Below are positions 1 through 7,805 of a stretch of DNA of 64,000 bases, one piece after another; the stretch's first letter is position 1, and every line of letters begins with the position of its first letter. The position numbers and the translations under genes are program-made. The stretch is taken from NCBI GenBank assembly GCA_937874465.1, contig CALNAX010000059.1, positions 26,000-89,999 of the forward strand, written 5' to 3'. The DNA comes from an uncultured Bacillales bacterium. Its GTDB lineage: Bacteria > Bacillota_I > Bacilli_A > RFN20 > CAG-288. The notes beneath the pieces were generated by a model. The model was not told the origin of the DNA and searched no databases. It was given only the letters and a program-made list of their open reading frames with translations.

Positions 1-87
1 AAGAATGGCGCCATAGGCATTCTTGGCATCCGTGTCGCGGGCCTTTATCGCCTTGAAGTTGTCCTTCTTTATATCATCGTAAAGCAT
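1..87 (-). CDS. GatB/YqeY-domain protein, N-terminal fragment (runs off the window start)
   Basis: Minus-strand ATG at 85-87 is preceded by AAGGAGG. The translation MLYDDIKKDNFKAIKARDTDAKNAYGAIL resembles YqeY-type proteins. Confidence 0.5.
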   Translation of the reverse strand, partial: MLYDDIKKDNFKAIKARDTDAKNAYGAIL

Positions 88-115
88 TGCTGCCTCCTTG
101 CCGGTTGATCGCCTC

Positions 116-1093
116 TCAAATGTATTCCTCGGCGGCCTTCTTAAGGCCAAGCATCACCCCATTTGGCATATCGGATGCCAGATGGATCGGCATCTTCAGC
201 TCCTTCTCCAGGAAAACCTTCATCCCCCCGATAAGGGCTCCCCCACCTGTGACCAAAACGCCAGACTTCACCAAATCGGAAGCCAATTCGGGCTTCACGT
301 CCTGTAGCACTTCTTCGGTCATGTCGGCAATCTCTTCGGCGAGAGGTATCAAGATAGGCCTGAGCTCGGCCGTGGAAAGGATTGCGGAGGAGGGCAATCC
401 CGTGACGACATCCCGACCGGATACCTCCAAAAACTGATTCTCGGCCCCGGTATCGACAGAGCCGATACGCATCTTGGCCATCTCGGAAGTGACCGGTCCG
501 ATGGCCAGGTTCTTGTTGTTCTTGGCAAAGCGCTCGATCGCCCTGTCGAAACTCCTGCCACCGACCTTGGCCGAACGGGCCGCGGCGATATCGCCTAACG
601 CGATGGCACCGCAATCGGAAATCCCACCGCCTATGTCCAGGACCAAAACACCTTTGGGGGAAGACATGTCGACACCCGCGCCCAAGGCGGCCATCTTGGC
701 GGACGACTCGATGATTATCCTCCTGGCACCCAGGTTCTTGATGACATCCAAGAGAGCATCCCTTTCGACCGTGGTCATCTGGTTTGGAGCCGAAGCCAGG
801 ACAGTCGAGCCCCTCAGGGCCCTATGCAGCTTGAGGTTTATGAAGACCTGGCTTATGAAGCGGACGCATAGCTCCACATCGGCCACAACACCCGCCTGGA
901 CCGGGTCGAAGACCTTGATGTCATAAGGGCTCCTGCCGATGGCCTTGCTGGCCAAATAGCCGATCTCGGCCACCTTCCCGGTCCGGCTATCGATGGCGAT
1001 GGCCGTTGGCTCGTCAAAGACATTCCCACGCGAAGAAAGCCAGATGCGAGTCATGGATGTGCCCAAATCAATGCAGATGACTTTTGCCGCCAT
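116..1093 (-). CDS. mreB: Divergent MreB-like actin-fold protein (325 aa)
   Basis: Actin-fold motifs are present: IDLGTS, LDIGGG, VLVTGGGA. The protein is collinear with MreB but divergent, with IESSAKMAALGAG where MreB has IEEPMAAAIGAG. ATG start at 1093. Confidence 0.8.
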   Translation of the reverse strand: MAAKVICIDLGTSMTRIWLSSRGNVFDEPTAIAIDSRTGKVAEIGYLASKAIGRSPYDIKVFDPVQAGVVADVELCVRFISQVFINLKLHRALRGSTVLASAPNQMTTVERDALLDVIKNLGARRIIIESSAKMAALGAGVDMSSPKGVLVLDIGGGISDCGAIALGDIAAARSAKVGGRSFDRAIERFAKNNKNLAIGPVTSEMAKMRIGSVDTGAENQFLEVSGRDVVTGLPSSAILSTAELRPILIPLAEEIADMTEEVLQDVKPELASDLVKSGVLVTGGGALIGGMKVFLEKELKMPIHLASDMPNGVMLGLKKAAEEYI

Positions 1094-1140
1094 GGTTATA
1101 CTCGCCCCCGTTAATACGAATTATACCAAATAGATAAAGA

Positions 1141-2982
1141 CTATTTGCTAAGCCCGTACTCTTCCGGATGGTGGGCTTCGTACTTCTTGCGGGCATTTGT
1201 ATCCAAGATCTTCTTGCGCATGCGGATGTTCTTAGGGGTTACCTCGACCAACTCATCGTTGTTGATGTAGTCCAAAGCCTCCTCCAAAGACATCTTCCTG
1301 GGAGCCTTCAAGACAATCGTCTGATCCTTGTTGGAATTGCGCTCGTTGTTCAAGGGCATCCCCTCGGTAACGTTGACAGCCATGTCGCGGGGGAACTTGT
1401 TCTCCCCGATTATCATTCCCTCGTATACCTCAGTGCCAGGAACAATGAACATGGTCCCCCGTTCCTCGATGTGCTTAAGGGCATAGGAAGTGGCCTTGCC
1501 AGCGTTCACGGAGACCAATACGCCTTGCTGTCTCCTGCCGATCGTTCCTTTGACCACAGGGCGGTATTCCTTGAATGAGTGGTTGATTATGCCATAGCCA
1601 CGGGTGATGGTCATGAAAGTGGTCATGAAGGAGATCAGGCCACGGGTGGGGATTATGTAGTTCAGACGGGTCTGGCCATTGTTGGAATCCATGTTGACCA
1701 TCGTGGCCGAACGGGTGCCGACCAGATTCATGACCGGTCCGACATATTCATCAGGCACGTCGATCTGCAGATCCTCGAAAGGCTCGCACTTGACGCCGTT
1801 TATTTCCTCGACGATGACGTCGGGCTTTGAGACCTCAAGCTCAAAGCCTTCACGCCTGAGGGTCTCGATCAATACCGACAGATGCAACTCGCCGCGTCCA
1901 CTGACCAAGAACGACTCGGAAGCGGGTTGGGCCACATATTTCAAGGATACGTCGCTTTGGGTCTCCCTGAACAGCCTGTCGCCAAGCTTGGCCGCCGTGA
2001 CGAACTTGCCTTCATTGCCGGCGAAGGGGCTTTGGTTGGCCGAGAACGTCATCTGCAATGTAGGCGGATCGATTCTCAGCAAAGGCAACCTCTGGACATG
2101 GTCGGGCGTGCAGAGGGTCTCGCCGACCTCGATGTCAGGCAAACCACCGATGGCACAGATCTCTCCGGATTGGGCGACGGGAATCTCGATCCTGGACATA
2201 CCGACATATCCGTAAAGCTTTTGGACCCTGAAGTTCTTCTGGGAACCATCCAGCCTCACGCAGGTCAAAAGATCGCCAGGCTTGACCTGACCGGTCTCGA
2301 TGCGGCCGATCCCGATACGGCCGATGTAGTCGTTGTAGTCGAGCATGGAAGGCTGGAACAGGAACGGAGCCTCAACATTGATCTTAGGAGACGGGATCTC
2401 CTTGACGATGGTGTCCAAAACCGGAGCCATGGTCGGCTGCTGGGTCGAAAGATCGCGGGAAAAGGAGGAGGTGCCTTTCAAGGCCGAGCAATAGACGATC
2501 TTGTAATCGAGCTGCTTGTCATCGGCTCCCAAATCCATGAAGAGCTGGAGAATCTCGTCCTCGGTCTTCTTGATGTCGGCATTGGGCCTATCGACCTTGT
2601 TGATCACGACGACGATCTTTAGTTTGTACTCCAAGGCGGTCTTCAGGACAAACCGGGTCTGGGGCATGACGCCATCAAAGGCATCGACCACCAAAACGGC
2701 GCCATCGACCATGTTCATGATTCTCTCGACCTCGCCGCCAAAGTCAGCATGGCCCGGGGTATCGAGAATGTTTATGGTCGTTCCCTTGTAGTCGATCGAG
2801 GTCGTCTTCGCCAGAATAGTAATCCCGCGCTCGTGTTCGATGGGGTTGGAATCCATCATCGCGATGTCACCGGACTGGGGCATTGCCACGGTACCGGTCC
2901 AGGTCAATAGCCGTCCTACCAAAGTGGTCTTTCCGTGATCGACATGCGCGATAATCGCGACGTTCCTAATCTGCTTATCCAT
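1141..2982 (-). CDS. typA: Translational GTPase TypA/BipA (613 aa)
   Basis: G-motifs AHVDHGKTT, DTPGHADF and NKVD are present. Length and C-terminal region are BipA-like. Confidence 0.95.
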   Translation of the reverse strand: MDKQIRNVAIIAHVDHGKTTLVGRLLTWTGTVAMPQSGDIAMMDSNPIEHERGITILAKTTSIDYKGTTINILDTPGHADFGGEVERIMNMVDGAVLVVDAFDGVMPQTRFVLKTALEYKLKIVVVINKVDRPNADIKKTEDEILQLFMDLGADDKQLDYKIVYCSALKGTSSFSRDLSTQQPTMAPVLDTIVKEIPSPKINVEAPFLFQPSMLDYNDYIGRIGIGRIETGQVKPGDLLTCVRLDGSQKNFRVQKLYGYVGMSRIEIPVAQSGEICAIGGLPDIEVGETLCTPDHVQRLPLLRIDPPTLQMTFSANQSPFAGNEGKFVTAAKLGDRLFRETQSDVSLKYVAQPASESFLVSGRGELHLSVLIETLRREGFELEVSKPDVIVEEINGVKCEPFEDLQIDVPDEYVGPVMNLVGTRSATMVNMDSNNGQTRLNYIIPTRGLISFMTTFMTITRGYGIINHSFKEYRPVVKGTIGRRQQGVLVSVNAGKATSYALKHIEERGTMFIVPGTEVYEGMIIGENKFPRDMAVNVTEGMPLNNERNSNKDQTIVLKAPRKMSLEEALDYINNDELVEVTPKNIRMRKKILDTNARKKYEAHHPEEYGLSK

Positions 2983-3112
2983 TACGTTATCTCTCCCAAA
3001 GGAAACAAGGACATAACTAAAAACTTCCGTTATGGCCTAACCTTGCGCGTAGATTATACGCTTCACGAACTTTTTTCGGCAATTCAACTTAAAAGTTAAT
3101 CCCGATGTCAAC

Positions 3113-3140
3113 AAAAAAAGAGCAGGCCCAAGGACCTGCC
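3113..3140 (-). terminator. Rho-independent terminator closing the 9194-3163 gene trio
   Basis: On the minus strand, GCAGGtCCttgGGgCCTGC forms a stem of about 7 bp with one bulge. It is followed by TCTTTTTTTG. Confidence 0.55.
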
Positions 3141-3162
3141 CCCTTCAAAACATCCCTTCTGC

Positions 3163-3300
3163 CTAAAGGAGATAGGACAAAGAGAAGGCGATGGCAATTA
3201 TCAGGACCACGGCCAACAAAAGGGTAGTCCCGATAAGGAATAGCTTCGTGAATGCCGCCAGATGGGTATCATCCAGCCGCTCCTCTTTCTTGTTTGCCAT
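3163..3300 (-). CDS. 45-aa single-pass membrane micro-protein (below the ORF-track length cut-off)
   Basis: The ATG at 3298-3300 lies 5 nt after the TGA of the giant gene. The translation is MANKKEERLDDTHLAAFTKLFLIGTTLLLAVVLIIAIAFSLSYLL*, a charged N-terminus followed by one hydrophobic helix. The terminator follows. Confidence 0.45.
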   Translation of the reverse strand: MANKKEERLDDTHLAAFTKLFLIGTTLLLAVVLIIAIAFSLSYLL

Positions 3301-3305
3301 TTACT

Positions 3306-6300
3306 TCATTCCCCTTTCTTTTTGCTTTCTTTCTTGAGTTGAGACAACGGCTTGACCGGAGTGATGGGCTTGATGGTTGCAGCAGGCTTAATGGGAGCCA
3401 AAGGCACCAGCGGCTTTACGATGGGTCTGCCTTCGGGTTCCTTGGCCTTTTCCTCTGCCGGCTTCTCTTCCTTCTTCATGGTTACAGGCACGATTGGAGT
3501 AATGGGGGCAACGGGCGTGGGAACGACGGTGGGGGAGGGGGCATTCGCGACTTGTGCGGCCTTTTCCCTCTCCCATTGCCTCTTGGCCTTCTTCCATTCA
3601 CGGATGGAGGGGAATGCGGTAACGGGCTTATCGAACTTCTCGCTAGCCACAGGCGCTGTCGGAGTGACGACCGCCGTGGCGACTACATACCCGGTCCGTC
3701 TAGCACGCTGCTTGGCGGCCTTCTCCTTGCGAGCGGCGAACACATCCACGGGTTTGGTCTGGCCGGCAAAGACCGGCGAAACGACGATCTCCTGGTTGGT
3801 GATGGCCTTGTTGAACGCCTCTTCGGGAGTCAAGGCACCCTTGTAGCCACCCGATACCTTCTTGAGCTGGAACCACACATGGCGAGCCTGGACGGGCTTG
3901 ATCTCCACGGGCTTTGCGTTCTGTATGGCATGCTGAAGCGTGACCGGGCCAAGATGACGTTCTTCAGCGCCGGCACTCTCCGGCTTCTCTTCCTCATGCT
4001 TGATGGGTGCGACGGGAGCGATGGGCTTGACTGGCGCGATGGGCACGACGGGGGTAACCTTTTCGCCTTCTGTGGTTTCCTCTTCGCTGACAGGTGATAT
4101 CGGCTTGGCGCGAACACCCTCTTGGACATTTCCATACCAGTAGTCAGGCGTCTTGTCGGAAGGACGGTTAGTCAAGACGGGCGCAGTGGCAACAGGCGCG
4201 ATAGGCGAACCGCTGGTGGTCTCCCCAACGCCATGTGCCACCTTGGCCGTAACCTGGGCCTTCTCGATTTCGGGTGAAATGGTCTTGATGGGGGCGTTTC
4301 CCGGAGTCCAATTGCCGGTGGGCAAAGAAGCATTGGAGGGTATGCCGTTGGTGGCAAGGAAGCCCTGATAGGCCCTTCCATAAAGCACTTCGCCGGAAGG
4401 ATGGGTCTCGACCTGCTTGCCTTGGTTGGCCTTGACCGCAAGCGTCTCTTTGGCTCCTTCGTACCAAAATGCAGCAGGCTGTTCGGAAGGGATGACTATG
4501 GGGGCGATGGCAACGGGTGCTACAGGTTCACCGGCAGAAACCGATGCGACTTTCTCCACGAAAGCCACGACGGGTGCTTTCTCCGAAACGGGGACGACGG
4601 GACCCACGACGGGCGAAACGACGATAGGTTCTGCCCCGGCATTGGAATACCAATAATCGGGAGTCTTGTCGGATGCCCTGTTTGCAAACACCGGAGCCTG
4701 GGCAACTGCCGGAATCTCGGGTCCTTTCGCCAAAGCGGAGATGGAAGCGCTGGAAATGGCAGTGATCGTCTCCAAGGGCTTGGGATAAGAGCCGGACACG
4801 ACCTGGTGAGGAAGGAAGCCTTGATAGACGTGGCCGTATTGAACTTGCCCGGAAGGACGGGTCTCGACTTGGGTGCCAAAGGCCTTGGCAACATTGGCTT
4901 CCTCGACGGCCCCACCATACCAGAACGCCGCAGGCTGTTCTGAAGGAACGACGATCGGGGCGACTGGAACAGGTTCGGCAGGAGCGACCTCAACGGCGAT
5001 CGGAGCAACAACGACCGGCTTGACACCGACGCCAACGAACCAGTAGTCAGGCGTCTTGTCGGAAGGACGGTTGCTGAATACAGGCGCTACCGCCACCGGA
5101 GGAATTGCTTCGGAAGGTGTTTCTTTGATGGCTTCAAGAGTGGCGGGAGTCACCGGCTTAAAAGCTGACGCTTCTTCACCCTGAAGCACTATTCCAGATA
5201 CGACCTGACGGGGCAAGAAGCCCTGATAGACATTCCCATACAGGACTTGGCCGGAAGGCCGGGTCTCGACCTGGCTACCGGCGACCTTGGAAACGGTCAC
5301 CTCTTCTACGGCATTGGCAAACCAGAACGCAACCGGTTGTTCGGAAGGAACGACCACTGGGCGAACCGCAACGGGCGCAATCACTGCCGGAGCAATGGGC
5401 GTTGCCGGCTTTGCCATAGCCACGGGTGCTGCGACAGGAGCGGCAATCACGGGCTTTGCACCCGCTCCCAGATACCAATAGTCAGGCGTCTTGTCGGAAG
5501 GACGGCTTGCGAAAATCGGGGCTAAGGCAACAGGAGGGATGGCTTCGCCTTCCGCTTCGGGCACTATTAGACCCGATGCCACTACCTGAGGTTTGCCACC
5601 GACGTTGACTACCTGGACATAGTTGGGAACCGATCCTTGAGGCAAAGCCTTCCCAACGACAAGTCCCTGATAGGCTCTCCCATAGGCCTGACCGTATGGA
5701 TGCGTCTTTACCTGGTTACCGGCAGCCTTGATGACATTGACTTCCTCTACCGCACCGGCAAACCAGAAGGATACCGGTTGCTTTGAAGGCACGACAACGG
5801 GTTCGGCCAAAGCGGCGGCTTGGGTTTCGACACCTATGGGCAAGCCACTGGCCTCGACGCTAGCCTGTCCATACCAGGCCTCGGGGATATTGTCGGCAGG
5901 TGTCAGGACGGGTTTGGGTTGGGCGAGCGCGAATTCGTTCTCGGCTTCCGGAGCGGGGGTGAGCCTGAACGGCTCCAGGGCATTTGCCAATCTTTCGTAA
6001 AGGTCCGTATAGGGAGCGGCGTAGGATGCGGCTTCCACTTCCTTTACGGGTTCAGAAGCGACAGGTTTGACCGCAACGGGTACGGAAACATTGCCAAACC
6101 AAAAGGCTGGCTCTTCGTCGGAAGGCTTGTTGCCAACGGTTGGGGCGAACCAATGAGAAGGTTCTTCGTCGGAAGGACGAGCCTCCTGTATGGAAGCATT
6201 GCCATACCAATACTCAGGGGCCTCGTCGGACGGACGCCAAGACGCCTCGACCACGACGGGAACAGGCTGAGCAACCGGTTTGGTTTCCTTCAGGTACTCC

Positions 6301-7541
6301 ACTGGCAAGGACTTGACCGCATCGTCCATAGAGGGGTTGAGGGCGATTATCGAAGATATGAGGGTGGGGTCGAGAAGCAAGACATCATCATCCAAGGAGG
6401 AAACGGAATACGAGGAAACGGATTCGCGTATGACATTTCCCTCGACGTTGAACCTGACGGGACTGATTTCCACAACACCGGTCCCGAGCGCACTTACGTC
6501 GCCTGCTCCCTGAGCGAGTTGATCGACAGGCGTGCCAGACAGGGCCACTTGATCCAAACGTGAGCCAGACGCGTCAATCTCCCCCCTCATCTCGCGGGAA
6601 GGACGCTGGACGCCTATGGCGAAACGAGACTGGGAAACAAATACGGGCGCAAGGGTATGACCAGTGAGGTTCTCGACGTATTTGTCGCGGGCGGCCAAAG
6701 CACGCTTCTTTCCGATTGGCTTGCGGAAGAGCCAGACAAAGACAGAGCAGACCACGAGGACGAAGGTCACTATTGCAAAGAGGCCGGCGATCCACAAAAG
6801 TCCATCCAAGACGTTGGCGCAGGTGAAGTATCCCATCGCCAAGTAGATGTTCTTGAAGTTGCCGAAGAAGAAATATTCAACGTTGTCGTCGAGCCAAGCC
6901 ATCGGAGTCGAGACAATGGAGGATTGGTAGATAACGCCAAGCGGGCCTACGTTGGCATTGGTGAAAATGTACCAGCCTATCCTCAACAGCAAAAGGACCA
7001 ACGCGACGAAGCCGAGGACAACGCCAGTTATTATTCGTCCCACTGGCCTGCCCCCGACGTAATTGTGCCAATCGAATTCCTGGTCCAATTGGGTATCGTT
7101 CAAGCCGCCGAAATATTTGGCCTTGATGTCGGCAGGCGAACCCTTGAGCAATGCGTGCCCAAAGTTCCCTTCACGATCAACGAAAGGAACGACATATGAA
7201 TTATCGTCGGCCTCAAGCGGCTTTACGGGGCTGGCGTTTTTGTTCTTGCGGGCATGGTTTATGGCAATCAGGGGCCAAATGGTCAAAAGTTGGAGGACGA
7301 CAATGGCAACAACCAATAGGATCACTCCCCAGAACTGGGTAAATGCGGGGAATGGATTGGCCCACGGCAACTTGTCAGCAAGATCTTGGTAACCGCTGAA
7401 CACAACGGAAAAGAAAGTGACCTTTGTGCTTAGCCACGAATTCGCTTGCGGAATCCCAAACAGCAAACCGAATATGACGGCAACAGCCGTCAGGGCCTCA
7501 AGAACTCCGACCCAGATCTTCCATGCTGCTTTCTTTCCCAT
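3306..7541 (-). CDS. Giant polytopic membrane protein with tandem aromatic-motif modules and a Pro/Lys-rich C-terminus (1411 aa)
   Basis: The ORF-track ORF 3306..7604 begins at a TTG. The ATG at 7541 has GGGAGGTG 5 nt upstream and sits about 70 nt downstream of a promoter-like site. The N-terminal 300 aa contain about 5-6 hydrophobic helices, followed by repeats (see the repeat feature). No family recognised. Confidence 0.85.
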   Translation of the reverse strand: MGKKAAWKIWVGVLEALTAVAVIFGLLFGIPQANSWLSTKVTFFSVVFSGYQDLADKLPWANPFPAFTQFWGVILLVVAIVVLQLLTIWPLIAINHARKNKNASPVKPLEADDNSYVVPFVDREGNFGHALLKGSPADIKAKYFGGLNDTQLDQEFDWHNYVGGRPVGRIITGVVLGFVALVLLLLRIGWYIFTNANVGPLGVIYQSSIVSTPMAWLDDNVEYFFFGNFKNIYLAMGYFTCANVLDGLLWIAGLFAIVTFVLVVCSVFVWLFRKPIGKKRALAARDKYVENLTGHTLAPVFVSQSRFAIGVQRPSREMRGEIDASGSRLDQVALSGTPVDQLAQGAGDVSALGTGVVEISPVRFNVEGNVIRESVSSYSVSSLDDDVLLLDPTLISSIIALNPSMDDAVKSLPVEYLKETKPVAQPVPVVVEASWRPSDEAPEYWYGNASIQEARPSDEEPSHWFAPTVGNKPSDEEPAFWFGNVSVPVAVKPVASEPVKEVEAASYAAPYTDLYERLANALEPFRLTPAPEAENEFALAQPKPVLTPADNIPEAWYGQASVEASGLPIGVETQAAALAEPVVVPSKQPVSFWFAGAVEEVNVIKAAGNQVKTHPYGQAYGRAYQGLVVGKALPQGSVPNYVQVVNVGGKPQVVASGLIVPEAEGEAIPPVALAPIFASRPSDKTPDYWYLGAGAKPVIAAPVAAPVAMAKPATPIAPAVIAPVAVRPVVVPSEQPVAFWFANAVEEVTVSKVAGSQVETRPSGQVLYGNVYQGFLPRQVVSGIVLQGEEASAFKPVTPATLEAIKETPSEAIPPVAVAPVFSNRPSDKTPDYWFVGVGVKPVVVAPIAVEVAPAEPVPVAPIVVPSEQPAAFWYGGAVEEANVAKAFGTQVETRPSGQVQYGHVYQGFLPHQVVSGSYPKPLETITAISSASISALAKGPEIPAVAQAPVFANRASDKTPDYWYSNAGAEPIVVSPVVGPVVPVSEKAPVVAFVEKVASVSAGEPVAPVAIAPIVIPSEQPAAFWYEGAKETLAVKANQGKQVETHPSGEVLYGRAYQGFLATNGIPSNASLPTGNWTPGNAPIKTISPEIEKAQVTAKVAHGVGETTSGSPIAPVATAPVLTNRPSDKTPDYWYGNVQEGVRAKPISPVSEEETTEGEKVTPVVPIAPVKPIAPVAPIKHEEEKPESAGAEERHLGPVTLQHAIQNAKPVEIKPVQARHVWFQLKKVSGGYKGALTPEEAFNKAITNQEIVVSPVFAGQTKPVDVFAARKEKAAKQRARRTGYVVATAVVTPTAPVASEKFDKPVTAFPSIREWKKAKRQWEREKAAQVANAPSPTVVPTPVAPITPIVPVTMKKEEKPAEEKAKEPEGRPIVKPLVPLAPIKPAATIKPITPVKPLSQLKKESKKKGE
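4125..5795 (-). repeat. Four tandem in-frame coding repeats (145, 135, 152 and 125 aa modules) inside the giant gene
   Basis: Each module runs VVPS[EK]QPxxFW[FY]..AVEE..V.K..G.QVET.PSGQV.YG..YQGFL ... IPPVA.AP.F..RPSDKTPDYW[YF]. The 25-mer gtcaggcgtcttgtcggaaggacgg is identical at 4143-4167, 5046-5070 and 5481-5505. Confidence 0.9.
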
Positions 7542-7616
7542 AGACACCTCCCGCTTTTGATAGGGGTCATTCCCTTCCCGCTCGTCTTCATAAAACTTCA
7601 GCAATATACAAGTAAA

Positions 7617-7645
7617 ATATTATCACCGCTCCTATGTGGTATCAA
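7617..7645 (-). promoter_or_regulatory. SigA-type promoter candidate for the giant gene
   Basis: Minus strand TTGATA (7645-7640), 17-nt spacer, TAATAT (7622-7617). Confidence 0.5.
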
Positions 7646-7805
7646 GTTGTTTATTGGGATATCGTCCTTAACTATGCGTATGTTTCTTTTTAAAACCGAT
7701 TTGCAAAATACCCGACTCCCCAAAAAGGCGGAAAAAGAAGGCCATTTGAAAGCAATCTAGTCGTTTTTATTAAATTGCAGGTAGTGCTTTGCACCGCAAT
7801 GAAGG

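Noticed and set aside
4125-5795. Regularly spaced DNA repeats that could superficially suggest a CRISPR or satellite array.
   Set aside because: The period is about 400-450 bp and the repeats are in frame within one long ORF with protein-level conservation. There are no short direct repeats with unique spacers and no cas genes.
7542-7604. N-terminal extensions in the ORF track. Examples are giant gene TTG 7604, rpoB TTG 26131, lemA TTG 15699 and ftsY TTG 38365. Others are comFA 13411, comFC 12261, rplA 28136, rplS 30149, the nudix gene 40201, the permease 14961, the KdgT-like gene 33305, the lipoprotein 49593 and ylxM 37452.
   Set aside because: Each has a downstream ATG or GTG with a proper Shine-Dalgarno site, and that start matches the conserved family N-terminus. 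Several extensions would overlap the upstream gene or precede the promoter.
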